DNA from: Acidimicrobiaceae bacterium
GTDB taxonomy: Bacteria > Actinomycetota > Acidimicrobiia > Actinomarinales > Actinomarinaceae
Assembly (NCBI GenBank): GCA_028344675.1
Contig: JAOMBT010000004.1
Location: forward strand, 4,692 to 68,691
Length of the DNA stretch: 64,000 nucleotides
Direction of reading: 5' to 3'
Shown one piece after another: positions 37,402 to 46,611 of the stretch. The stretch's first letter is position 1. Every line of letters begins with the position of its first letter. The notes beneath the pieces were generated by a model that worked only from the letters and a program-made list of their open reading frames with translations, made no database searches and had not been told where the DNA came from. The translations under genes and the position numbers were made by a program.

Positions 37402-38696
37402 TAGATATTCTCAAAATAATCATGAAGGTTACTAATTTCAACTCTTTCTTGGTTCGTTGTATCGCGATTTCTAACAGTTACAGATTTGTCATTTATTGTC
37501 TCAAAATCAATTGTTATACAGTAAGGAGTCCCAATCTCATCTTGTCGTCTGTATCTTTTTCCAATTGATTGAGTAGTATCGATTTCAGTTCTAAAATTTT
37601 TTTGTAAATTATTCTTTATATCTTCCGAAATAGAAATCAAATTATCTTTTTTGCTAAGTGGAAGAATTCCAATTTGAATTGGGGCAATATCAAAGTTAAA
37701 TCTAAATAATGTTCTTGTAGTTTCGTTTACAGTATCTTCATCATAACTTGAGCATAAAATAGCAAATAAGGTTCGAGTCAATCCCCCAGCTGGTTCAATT
37801 ACAATCGGTTTAATTTTTTTATTAGACACTGAGTCAAAGTATGTGAGATCTTTACCGCTTTCTCTCTCATGAGATGTTAAATCAAAATTTCCTCTATTAG
37901 CAACGCCTTCTAATTCTCCCCAACCCCAAGGGTACAAAAACTCAATATCTGAGGTTTTAGAAGCATAATGAGCTAACTCAACTTCTTCATGATTACGTAT
38001 TCTTAACTTCTCTTCTGAGATTCCCAATGATTTATACCAATCTAATCTTTTATTCAGCCAAAAATTAAACCAATCTTCTTGCTCTTCTTCTTTACAGAAA
38101 AACTCAATCTCCATTTGCTCAAACTCTCTTGTCCTAAAAATAAATTGCCCCGGTGTAATTTCATTTCTAAATGACTTACCGATATTAGCAATACCAAATG
38201 GAAGCTTTGCTCTCATTGTCCTTAAAACATTTTCAAAATTTACGAATATACCTTGGGCGGTTTCTGGTCTTAAATAAACGGCTGAGTTATCATTTTGAAC
38301 TGGCCCAATGTTTGTCTCAAACATAAGATTAAATTGACGTGGCTCTGTTAAGTCTTCTTTCTTTAAATCATCTGGTACTTGATCAGCTCTAAATCTTTCG
38401 CCAGTTGGCTTATAGTCAACCATGGGATCTGAAAATTCAGCTAAGTGACCAGATGCCTTCCATACCTCAGAACTTTGTATTATTGCTGTATCTACTGGGT
38501 AAATTGATAAATTGTTATCATTATTTATATCTTTCCACCAACTAGCTGCTAAATTGTTTTTTAAACTAACACCAAGAGGCCCATAGTCATACGAACTTCT
38601 CAATCCTCCATAAATTGATGAAGCATTGAAAACAAAACCTCTTGATTGAGCAACTTTTACAATCTTTTCAAACAAATCTTTATTAGTTTTTTCCAT
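37401..38696 (-). CDS. glyQS: Glycine--tRNA ligase (alpha2 homodimeric GlyQS type)
   Basis: GFVFNASSIYGGL, YLRPETAQG, FRNEITP and GLTR are class II GlyRS motifs. Confidence 0.93.
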   Translation of the reverse strand: MEKTNKDLFEKIVKVAQSRGFVFNASSIYGGLRSSYDYGPLGVSLKNNLAASWWKDINNDNNLSIYPVDTAIIQSSEVWKASGHLAEFSDPMVDYKPTGERFRADQVPDDLKKEDLTEPRQFNLMFETNIGPVQNDNSAVYLRPETAQGIFVNFENVLRTMRAKLPFGIANIGKSFRNEITPGQFIFRTREFEQMEIEFFCKEEEQEDWFNFWLNKRLDWYKSLGISEEKLRIRNHEEVELAHYASKTSDIEFLYPWGWGELEGVANRGNFDLTSHERESGKDLTYFDSVSNKKIKPIVIEPAGGLTRTLFAILCSSYDEDTVNETTRTLFRFNFDIAPIQIGILPLSKKDNLISISEDIKNNLQKNFRTEIDTTQSIGKRYRRQDEIGTPYCITIDFETINDKSVTVRNRDTTNQERVEISNLHDYFENI

Positions 38697-39396
38697 ATGT
38701 TCTATTCCTTGATTTAAATTCTAGTAATACATTATCTAATATGTCTTGATTTACATCAGGCCACAGATCATCAATAAAAATTAATTCTGTATAGGCAAGT
38801 TGATACAGTAAAAAATTACTTATCCTTTTTTCTCCTGCAGTCCGAAGAAGCAGGTCTGGGTAAGGAATCTCAGGGTATTGAAAATAGCTATAAAAACTTC
38901 TCTGTACGTCCTTGATAGACAACTCTTTTTCTAAATTATTGTTATGAAGATTTACTGCAGCACTATGAATTTCATTATGAGAGCCGTAATTAAAAGCAAA
39001 CACTAGATTCAAATTACTATTTTGAAATGTAATTTCTTCTGTTTCTTTCATTAATATTTTATTTTCGTTTGGAATTTTAGAATCACCAAGATCTCCAAGA
39101 AATCTAAACTTTACACCTTTCTGATTAAATTCGTCTCTTCTTCGAATAAGAAGATCTCGATTGAAAAACATAAGATAATCAACTTCATCAGATGATCGAA
39201 GCCAATTCTCAGTTGAAAAAGCATAAACTGTAAGCCATTTTATTTTATTAGAGATAGCCCAATCAATAGTTCTTGAAAGTGAATGCTCACCTGCTGCATG
39301 ACCAGAGGTTCTTGGAAGATCCTTATTTAAGGCCCATCTTCCATTTCCGTCCATAATTATTGCTAGGTGGTTAAGAGGTATATCTTTTTTATTCAT
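38683..39396 (-). CDS. uppS: Isoprenyl (undecaprenyl/decaprenyl) diphosphate synthase
   Basis: HLAIIMDGNGRWA, YAFSTENW and LLRTAGEKRISNFLLYQ. I moved the start from 39426 to ATG 39396 (MNKKDIPLNH), giving an 8-nt overlap with ybeY. Confidence 0.9.
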   Translation of the reverse strand: MNKKDIPLNHLAIIMDGNGRWALNKDLPRTSGHAAGEHSLSRTIDWAISNKIKWLTVYAFSTENWLRSSDEVDYLMFFNRDLLIRRRDEFNQKGVKFRFLGDLGDSKIPNENKILMKETEEITFQNSNLNLVFAFNYGSHNEIHSAAVNLHNNNLEKELSIKDVQRSFYSYFQYPEIPYPDLLLRTAGEKRISNFLLYQLAYTELIFIDDLWPDVNQDILDNVLLEFKSRNRTYGKN

Positions 39397-39829
39397 TCCA
39401 AACCTTTTTAAGTATTTTATCCTCAATTTTACTTAATTGTTTTTGTTCATTATGAGAATACCCAATCAAGTGTAACAATCCATGAAGTAAAACAAGCTGA
39501 TACTCTTCTACTAGTTTTTTATTATATCTGACAGCATTTTCTTTTATTAACTTTCTATTGAGAAATAAATCACCAAGAACTTCACTATTGTTTTGGTTAA
39601 GTATTTCTATTTCACTTAAATTGCTATACAAAGGAATTGTTAAAACATCTGTTGGATAATTTTTTTTGAAAATTTTAAAATTTATTTTTTTTGAAGTTTC
39701 TTCTGAAACAGAGTGAATAAATAAAGTAAACTTATCTGAGATTTTAAAATCTTTTTCGAATTCATTTTTTACACTATTGAAAGCATCTTTTTCCAAATTA
39801 TAGAAATATCCACTGTAATTGAATTTCAA
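39389..39829 (-). CDS. ybeY: rRNA maturation endoribonuclease YbeY
   Basis: Metal-binding HGLLHLIGYSH motif. 146 aa. TTG start. Confidence 0.88.
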   Translation of the reverse strand: MKFNYSGYFYNLEKDAFNSVKNEFEKDFKISDKFTLFIHSVSEETSKKINFKIFKKNYPTDVLTIPLYSNLSEIEILNQNNSEVLGDLFLNRKLIKENAVRYNKKLVEEYQLVLLHGLLHLIGYSHNEQKQLSKIEDKILKKVWNE

Positions 39830-39835
39830 AATAAA

Positions 39836-42001
39836 TTATTCTTCTTCAGTAATTTCAGGATAAAGAACTCTTTGGTGATACAAGCCCTCAAGACTTTTCT
39901 GAAAGGATTCTTTAATGATACTAAGCTCTTTAAATGTAATTGGCGCATTACTTAACTGATCATCTGTGATTTTTTCGTTAAATATTTCTTCTATTACATT
40001 TTTTATTTTTTCTTCGTCAGCATCTTCAACCATAAAGATAGCTCGACATGCAGCTTCAAGGGAGTCAGCTAACATTAAAATTGCAGATTCTTTAGATGTT
40101 GGTTTTTGTCCCAAATGTCTGAAATCCTCTTTTGATATATTACTATTCTCTAATTTTCCTTTTTCATAAAAATATCTGATAACCCCATCACCGTGATGTT
40201 CAATTATTCCCATGTATACTATTTCTGGAATTTTAAATTTTTTTGCAAGCTTAACTCCGTCAGTAACATGGCTTTTAATAATATGTGCAGATTCAGAAGG
40301 AGTTAAAGTCTCGTGTGGATTTGAATAACCAATTTGGTTTTCTACAAACATTGTTGGGTTCTCTGTCTTTCCTAAGTCATGGTAATAAGCCATTGCTCTT
40401 GCTAATTGGCTATTTGCTCCGATTTGATTTGCAGCTCTATCAGCTAAAGTACCAACGACTAAAGAGTGATTAAATGTTCCTAATGCATTTTCTTCTAAAT
40501 ATCTTAAAGCTGGATGATTTCTATCTGCTAATTCAGATAATTTCAAATTTGAAGTTAATCTAAAACCACTTTCAATATATGAAGTAAGTGAAAAAGCAGC
40601 TAAGTTTGCAATTAAAGCACTTAGGAATGAAAATATAATTATCTGAGTAATATTCCCATCATCTCTTAAGAAAAAATAAACACCGAAAGCTAGCAGAGGT
40701 TGAGTCAAGGATATATATATTATTCTCTCTCTTAATAAAGCCCTGTCTGTATCTTCGGAAAGAAATATAGCCGGAATAATCGTGCCTAGTGCTCCTAGTG
40801 CAACAAGTCCAATATTTCCCCCTCCAGCAAGAGCTAGAAGAGAACTAGATAGAGACAGTATTAAAGTAGCTCTTAAATTTAGGAGTGTAACTGAAATAAT
40901 TCCAACAAATGAAATAGGGAGTGCATATTGAATAAAATCAAGATCAGATTGTTGAGAAAAATAGGATACCCCTCTTAAGAAAAGTGAAGAAACAAGAATT
41001 AGAAATAACATCAACAATAATTCATTATCATTTTTCCAAATTGAGTCCCTAAGTCTCCACAAGAGAACATAAAGAATTAAAAAAACTGAAAATATTATAG
41101 GAATTGCTGCAGTCTGGACTGTTCTTGATTCGCCAGATAAATAACCAAACTCATCAAGTGCTTTATATTTAACTTCATTTATCACTTGGCCTTCAGCAAC
41201 GACGATCTCATCTTTGAAAAATTGAATATTTATAGCTTCAATGTTATCAGCAGCTTTAATCTTTTGTTCATTCCATAGATCTTGTTCAAGTTTTTGATTT
41301 GCGACTAGGTTCTCAGCAATAATCTCACCTACCATAGACCTGACACGAGCTTCTGGAATGATTACATATAGTTCACTTGGGAGATTTAGATTTGGAGGAG
41401 TCTGAACAATAGTTTGTCTTATCTGATTCAAGTTTTCATTATTTATACCATTAGATAGCAATCTGTTAGCTTGATTTTTTGATTCAAATTCGATTTGAGT
41501 CAAAAAATTTGATGAATTTTTTTTGTCAATATTTGAAATTTCGACCAACACCTCAATAGCAGATGTTGAAATAGTAGAAAACAATAATGATGATTGTATT
41601 TTTGAAATTTGTTCAACTTTACTTAATTCAATTACTGTTACAGTTGAACTTGGCTCTTCAGGGTTTGTTTCATTATCAGTAACAAGAACTTCCTCAGTAC
41701 GAGACTTTATAACAGTTAAGAACATTTCAGTCACTCCATCTATAACTTGTACATTAATATTTGTATCAATTGAATACACTGGTGATACGTTTTCAATTGC
41801 TATTTTTTTAAGGTTTTCAGTTTCATTTTCATCAATAATGGATAGAAATCTAGGAGCAGAAAAAGTTGCAGGCGATGTATCTCCAATCTCTATTTTAATA
41901 ATTTGGTTTTCAGGAAATAATGAAAAAGAAATAAACCAAACTGCAGTAGAAAATAACAAAATATAAAATATCTTTCTAAAATGTGTTAAATAAATATTCA
42001 T
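39836..42001 (-). CDS. 7TM-receptor/HD-domain phosphohydrolase (PgpH-like)
   Basis: N-terminal signal anchor and extracellular domain, 7 TM helices in the middle, and a C-terminal HD domain (HSLVVG...YHDLGK...HH). Confidence 0.85.
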   Translation of the reverse strand: MNIYLTHFRKIFYILLFSTAVWFISFSLFPENQIIKIEIGDTSPATFSAPRFLSIIDENETENLKKIAIENVSPVYSIDTNINVQVIDGVTEMFLTVIKSRTEEVLVTDNETNPEEPSSTVTVIELSKVEQISKIQSSLLFSTISTSAIEVLVEISNIDKKNSSNFLTQIEFESKNQANRLLSNGINNENLNQIRQTIVQTPPNLNLPSELYVIIPEARVRSMVGEIIAENLVANQKLEQDLWNEQKIKAADNIEAINIQFFKDEIVVAEGQVINEVKYKALDEFGYLSGESRTVQTAAIPIIFSVFLILYVLLWRLRDSIWKNDNELLLMLFLILVSSLFLRGVSYFSQQSDLDFIQYALPISFVGIISVTLLNLRATLILSLSSSLLALAGGGNIGLVALGALGTIIPAIFLSEDTDRALLRERIIYISLTQPLLAFGVYFFLRDDGNITQIIIFSFLSALIANLAAFSLTSYIESGFRLTSNLKLSELADRNHPALRYLEENALGTFNHSLVVGTLADRAANQIGANSQLARAMAYYHDLGKTENPTMFVENQIGYSNPHETLTPSESAHIIKSHVTDGVKLAKKFKIPEIVYMGIIEHHGDGVIRYFYEKGKLENSNISKEDFRHLGQKPTSKESAILMLADSLEAACRAIFMVEDADEEKIKNVIEEIFNEKITDDQLSNAPITFKELSIIKESFQKSLEGLYHQRVLYPEITEEE

Positions 42002-42933
42002 TATTTATCCGGAAATACTTCTAAAATTTTTGAAACAATCTTATTCCTAACAATATCAGTATTTTGAAATTCTACGACAGAAATTTCATCAATATTTGAT
42101 ATACTCTTCCTAGTTTTTTTAAGACCAGAAAAATCTTTATTTACTAGGTCAATTTGAGACTCATCACCTGTTATTATCATTTTTGAATTTTCACCTAATC
42201 GAGTTAAAAACATTTTTATTTGACTAACTTTTGCATTTTGAGCTTCATCTAATATTATGCATGCATCATTTAAAGTTCTCCCTCTCATATATGCAAGAGG
42301 TACGATTTCTATATTCCTTTTTTCAATCAAATATTGCAATGTTTCATTTCCAAAAAAATATTCTAATGAATCAAAAAGTGGAACTAAATATGGATCTATT
42401 TTTTGTGACAAATCTCCCGGCAAATATCCTAATCTCTCCCCTGCCTCAACTGCTGGTCTTGTAAGTACAATTTTTTTTATTTTTTCATTAGAATACATTT
42501 TTACTGCACTTGCTACAGCTAGAAAAGTTTTACCTGTACCAGCTGGACCAATACCAAATGTGATTGTTGAGTTCTCAATTGTCTCTAAATATTTAAGTTG
42601 ATTCACATTTTTAACTTTTATACTTTTATTATTATAAATTAATACATTACTACTTTTGTTAGACACAGGTTCTTGTTGATTTTTTATTGTTGATATGAAT
42701 TCTAAATCTTCAATTTCAATTACATCCCCTCTTTGTGCGATTGTTAGCATCTCATCTAAAATTTGCAAAATTGCTGATGTCGTTTTGTCATCCCCTGATA
42801 TGTAGACCACATTTCCCTTTAGATTGATTTTTGCTTTTTTAAAGTTTGTCTTTAGAAATTTTAAATTCTTATCATTTACACCAAATATATTTACAAGTTC
42901 TTGGTCAAGCGGAATTATTTTCTCAATATTCAT
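42001..42933 (-). CDS. phoH: PhoH-like ATPase
   Basis: Walker A GPAGTGKTFLA. ILDEAQN. Conserved position next to ybeY. Confidence 0.9.
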   Translation of the reverse strand: MNIEKIIPLDQELVNIFGVNDKNLKFLKTNFKKAKINLKGNVVYISGDDKTTSAILQILDEMLTIAQRGDVIEIEDLEFISTIKNQQEPVSNKSSNVLIYNNKSIKVKNVNQLKYLETIENSTITFGIGPAGTGKTFLAVASAVKMYSNEKIKKIVLTRPAVEAGERLGYLPGDLSQKIDPYLVPLFDSLEYFFGNETLQYLIEKRNIEIVPLAYMRGRTLNDACIILDEAQNAKVSQIKMFLTRLGENSKMIITGDESQIDLVNKDFSGLKKTRKSISNIDEISVVEFQNTDIVRNKIVSKILEVFPDK

Positions 42934-43274
42934 TAAATATCTTTTAATTTCTGTCCGCCAATTAAATGTAAATGGATATGAAAAACTGTCTGCATTGCAT
43001 CATCATTTGTATTAAATAACAACCTGTAGCCTGTATTGTCAATACCTAATTCATAAGCTAACTGTTTAGCGACCATAATCATTTTTCCAACTAGATCTAC
43101 ATCTGAGTCATTTAAATTATTGATTGTTGCAATTTTCTTTTTAGGTATCACTAAAATATGTACTCTTGCAACGGGGTTGATGTCATTAATAGCAAAAATA
43201 TCATTGTCTTCATAAATAACTTCAGACTCAATCTCGCCAGATAAAATTAATTCAAAAACTGATTTACTATTCAT
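42933..43274 (-). CDS. HIT-family nucleotide hydrolase/transferase
   Basis: Histidine triad HIHLHLIGG. 113 aa. Confidence 0.88.
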   Translation of the reverse strand: MNSKSVFELILSGEIESEVIYEDNDIFAINDINPVARVHILVIPKKKIATINNLNDSDVDLVGKMIMVAKQLAYELGIDNTGYRLLFNTNDDAMQTVFHIHLHLIGGQKLKDI

Positions 43275-43279
43275 TTAAC

Positions 43280-43915
43280 CTACATTGTCAATGTTAATGC
43301 AGTTATAGCTGCTGTTTCACTTCTTAAGTTAAAATCTGTAATCTTAAATTTAAACTTAAAATTTTTAAGCTCATCTTTTGACCAACCACCTTCAGGACCT
43401 ATTGCAAAATTAGTAATTTTTTTGTTGTTATCAATGATTTTCTGACCTGAAATATCAAAACATGTATCAAAAATTTCAAAATCTAAAAATTTAGGATAAA
43501 TTATATTTGGATAAAATGGTGATCCTGATTGTTCAAGTGCAGAAATTACCCATGAGTCAATTTTTTTGATGTTAATTTTAGTTTTTTGTGTGTTGCGAGT
43601 TTCTCCTATATGAAGTTCTGAAACATTTAGTTCAACTAATTTTTCAATTAAGTACCTAAATCTGTTCTTATCTTGTAAAAAGGGAGCGAAAATTTTGATA
43701 TCATTTGTTTTTTGAAATTTCTTTATTTTTTCTATGACAACATAGTTTTTTTTCAATTTTCCATACATTATATGACCTTTGCCATTTGATATATTAATGC
43801 CACTATTTTCCCTTATCCTTAGAACATTTTTAATATGATGAAACTTTGGTTCAGAAAGTTGAATTTCACTTTTTTTTAATTCAACTTCAGGGGCGTAAAC
43901 AGTTGGTGTAAACAT
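43280..43915 (-). CDS. rsmE: 16S rRNA (uracil1498-N3)-methyltransferase
   Basis: GPEGGWS motif and the HIKNVLR N-terminal PUA-like block. 211 aa, which is short for the family. Confidence 0.8.
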   Translation of the reverse strand: MFTPTVYAPEVELKKSEIQLSEPKFHHIKNVLRIRENSGINISNGKGHIMYGKLKKNYVVIEKIKKFQKTNDIKIFAPFLQDKNRFRYLIEKLVELNVSELHIGETRNTQKTKINIKKIDSWVISALEQSGSPFYPNIIYPKFLDFEIFDTCFDISGQKIIDNNKKITNFAIGPEGGWSKDELKNFKFKFKITDFNLRSETAAITALTLTM

Positions 43916-45693
43916 TACTGTTTCAAGAAATCTCTGAAGGCTTCCTTAGGAACATTTACTTTTCCTATTTGTCTCATTTTTTTCTTACCTTCTTTTTGCT
44001 TTTCTAAAAGTTTTCTCTTTCTAGTAACATCTCCACCATATAATTTAGCGGTAACATCTTTTCGTAATGCTTTTATGGTTTCACGAGCTATGATTCGAGA
44101 ACCGACTGCTGCTTGAATAGGAATATCAAATTGTTGTCTTGGAATCAACTCTGATAATTTTTTAACCCTATTTCTACCAATATACTCTGCATTCTCCTTT
44201 GCTAAAATTGAACTAAATGAATCAATAATCTGACCATTGACCAAAATATCTAATTTTGCAAGATTTCCATCTTCAAAATTTAAAATTTCATAATCTAATG
44301 ATGCAAAGCCTTGAGAAATAGATTTTAAATTGTCATAAAACCCAGTTACTAATTCCAATAAAGGAAGTTTATATTTAATTTTAACCATAGTTGTACTTAA
44401 ATAATTAATGTCTTCTTGTATTGCTCTTTTCTCGCTTAAAAGCTGCATAATTGGCCCTAAATACTCCTTAGGAAAGAGTAAATTTATTTCGCAATACTTC
44501 TCTTTAATTTTTTTTATATCTGTATATTTTTCAATTTCGCTTGGGTTTCTTATAATTATTTCTTCATCATTATTTCTTATTAACATAAATTCAACTGACG
44601 GTGGAGTCACAATTAACGACAAATCAAATTCTCTTTCTAATCTTTCAATAACTATCTCAAGGTGAAGTAAGCCTAGAAAACCACATCTAAAACCAAAACC
44701 AAAAGCAGAAGAAGTCTCTGGCTCATAAAAAAAACTTGCATCATTAAGTACATACTTATCTAAAGAATCTCTCAATTTTGAATAATCATCAGAATCAGAT
44801 GGAAAAACACTTGAAAAAACAGTTGGTTGTGGTTCTTTATATCCTGAAACTGCAATTGGCATGTCCTCTTCATCGGAGACTAATGTATCACCTACTCTTA
44901 TTTGTGAAAGGTCTTTTGCTCCGGTAATAATATATCCTACTTCGCCTGTATTAAGAGATTTAGTAGGTAAGAAATCTAAATCAAAATAACCGATTTCTGA
45001 TGGTTCAAATGAATAATTTGAGTTAACTAGTTTTAATTTCTGGCCTGAATGTATCTCCTCACCAAAAATTCTTACAGATGCAACAACTCCTCTATAGGAA
45101 TCAAAGAAAGAGTCAAAAATTAAGGCATTAATTCCATCTGATTTCTTTTCTGGTGGAGATATTAAGTTAGGAATTGCAAGTAACAAGTTCTCAACACCCT
45201 CTCCAGTTTTTGCTGATATTTGAAATATTTCATTTTCTTTAGACCCAATTAAATTAAATATTTGCTTTTTTGCATTTTCAATATCTGCATCAATTGAATC
45301 TATTTTATTTAAAACAGGAATTATTTCTAGCCCCGCCTCTATTGCGGCATATGAGTGCGCAAAAGTTTGTGCTTGAATACCCTGAGTGGCATCTACAAGT
45401 AAGATAGCTCCATCACAAGCAATTAGTGCTCTAGAAACTTCATATGAAAAATCAACGTGTCCAGGAGTATCAATTAGGTTTAGTGTTAGGTCGTTGAACT
45501 GGAGCCTGATTGGCTGTGACTTAATAGTTATGCCCTTTTCTCTTTCTAGATCCATATTGTCAAGAATTTGATCAACATGCTCACCTGGTTTAATTAAACC
45601 AGACATTTCGATAAGCCTATCAGCTAAAGTTGACTTACCATGGTCAACATGAGCAATTATTGAAATATTTCTTAGTTTTTTATTATGTAACAT
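43915..45693 (-). CDS. lepA: Translation elongation factor 4 (LepA)
   Basis: IIAHVDHGKSTL, DTPGHVDF, NKID and the C-terminal LepA-specific domain. ATG 45693 is preferred to the track's TTG 45702. Confidence 0.95.
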   Translation of the reverse strand: MLHNKKLRNISIIAHVDHGKSTLADRLIEMSGLIKPGEHVDQILDNMDLEREKGITIKSQPIRLQFNDLTLNLIDTPGHVDFSYEVSRALIACDGAILLVDATQGIQAQTFAHSYAAIEAGLEIIPVLNKIDSIDADIENAKKQIFNLIGSKENEIFQISAKTGEGVENLLLAIPNLISPPEKKSDGINALIFDSFFDSYRGVVASVRIFGEEIHSGQKLKLVNSNYSFEPSEIGYFDLDFLPTKSLNTGEVGYIITGAKDLSQIRVGDTLVSDEEDMPIAVSGYKEPQPTVFSSVFPSDSDDYSKLRDSLDKYVLNDASFFYEPETSSAFGFGFRCGFLGLLHLEIVIERLEREFDLSLIVTPPSVEFMLIRNNDEEIIIRNPSEIEKYTDIKKIKEKYCEINLLFPKEYLGPIMQLLSEKRAIQEDINYLSTTMVKIKYKLPLLELVTGFYDNLKSISQGFASLDYEILNFEDGNLAKLDILVNGQIIDSFSSILAKENAEYIGRNRVKKLSELIPRQQFDIPIQAAVGSRIIARETIKALRKDVTAKLYGGDVTRKRKLLEKQKEGKKKMRQIGKVNVPKEAFRDFLKQ

Positions 45694-45732
45694 ATTTATC
45701 AAGTTAATATCTTATATACTGAAAGGTTTTAC

Positions 45733-45963
45733 ATGGCAAATATTAATTCACAAAAGAAAAGAATCCGACAAGATTCCAAAAGAAATGTTAGAAACAAATC
45801 ACTGAAAAGTGAATTAAAAACAACTTTGAAAATAGTAGAAAATGAAGAAGTAACTCCTGAAATTAAAAGTCAAGCTTTGAAATCATTAGATATTGCCTAT
45901 TCAAAAGGTATTATTAACAAAAAATTTAGAGATAGAAATAAGTCAAAGATATCAAACTTGTAA
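45733..45963 (+). CDS. rpsT: 30S ribosomal protein S20
   Basis: MANINSQKKRIRQDSKRNVRNKS. AAAGG Shine-Dalgarno upstream. Divergent from lepA, as in Actinobacteria. Confidence 0.9.
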   Translation: MANINSQKKRIRQDSKRNVRNKSLKSELKTTLKIVENEEVTPEIKSQALKSLDIAYSKGIINKKFRDRNKSKISNL

Positions 45964-46611
45964 CTTTTGCTTAATAGCAATAATAAATCTTTTTGAATTT
46001 TCTTGGTTGTAAGAAGCCTTTAACATTTTTTCTTCTAATTTATAAACCAAATTAATTGCTTCATCAAGATTATTTGCACTAAGTTTTTTTAAAAGACCAT
46101 CAGCTTTTTCATATTTATAATCTTTTTTTTCATTTAATATTTTAGATACCACATCAGCATTTACATTAAGTAATAACTTAAGTCTAAAAACCTCTTTAGT
46201 AAAAAAATTAAAGAAATTTCTAAAATTATTTTCTTTATTGGAAAAGTAAAATAACAAATCAGAGTCTAAATTTTTGTTTTTATTAAAAATGATATTTGAT
46301 AAATCCCAAGGGTACTTTTCTTTTACTATAGCGGAATTATGAACAACAGTTAAATTTTCAATATTTTGAAATTTTTGAAGATTAGATTTTTTAATTTGAA
46401 AAATATATCTTAAAGAAAAATTATATTGATTATCTTGAAGATTTTTATAAGTAAAAAAACTATCGTACACAAACTTATATAAAGGATCTTCAAACAATGA
46501 ACTTTGTTCATTTAAATTAAGACTATCTTTAGATATTTTTTTATATTGTAAATCTAAATTTAAATTCTCCAAATTATCAATGAGACTATCTGTAACAATT
46601 AAATAGGTCAT
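45952..46611 (-). CDS. Hypothetical protein; possibly a miniaturised DNA polymerase III delta subunit (call rests on position and weak motifs)
   Basis: It sits in the holA slot next to rpsT. It shows weak delta-like patterns: YLIVTDSLIDNL, SSLFEDPLYKFVYD, and C-terminal LDEAINLVYKLEE. It is only 219 aa. Confidence 0.35.
   Translation of the reverse strand: MTYLIVTDSLIDNLENLNLDLQYKKISKDSLNLNEQSSLFEDPLYKFVYDSFFTYKNLQDNQYNFSLRYIFQIKKSNLQKFQNIENLTVVHNSAIVKEKYPWDLSNIIFNKNKNLDSDLLFYFSNKENNFRNFFNFFTKEVFRLKLLLNVNADVVSKILNEKKDYKYEKADGLLKKLSANNLDEAINLVYKLEEKMLKASYNQENSKRFIIAIKQKLQV

Noticed and set aside
41523-41966. A 147-aa plus-strand ORF antisense to the 7TM-HD gene. Similar antisense ORFs occur at 25879-26247, 42257-42601, 48145-48477, 8711-8971, 18360-18647, 56473-56760, 58999-59292 and 62280-62585, plus the remaining 60-100-aa track entries.
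   Set aside because: All lie wholly inside genes that have strong family motifs on the other strand. None has a recognisable motif, Shine-Dalgarno context or independent intergenic space. I treat them as shadow ORFs.
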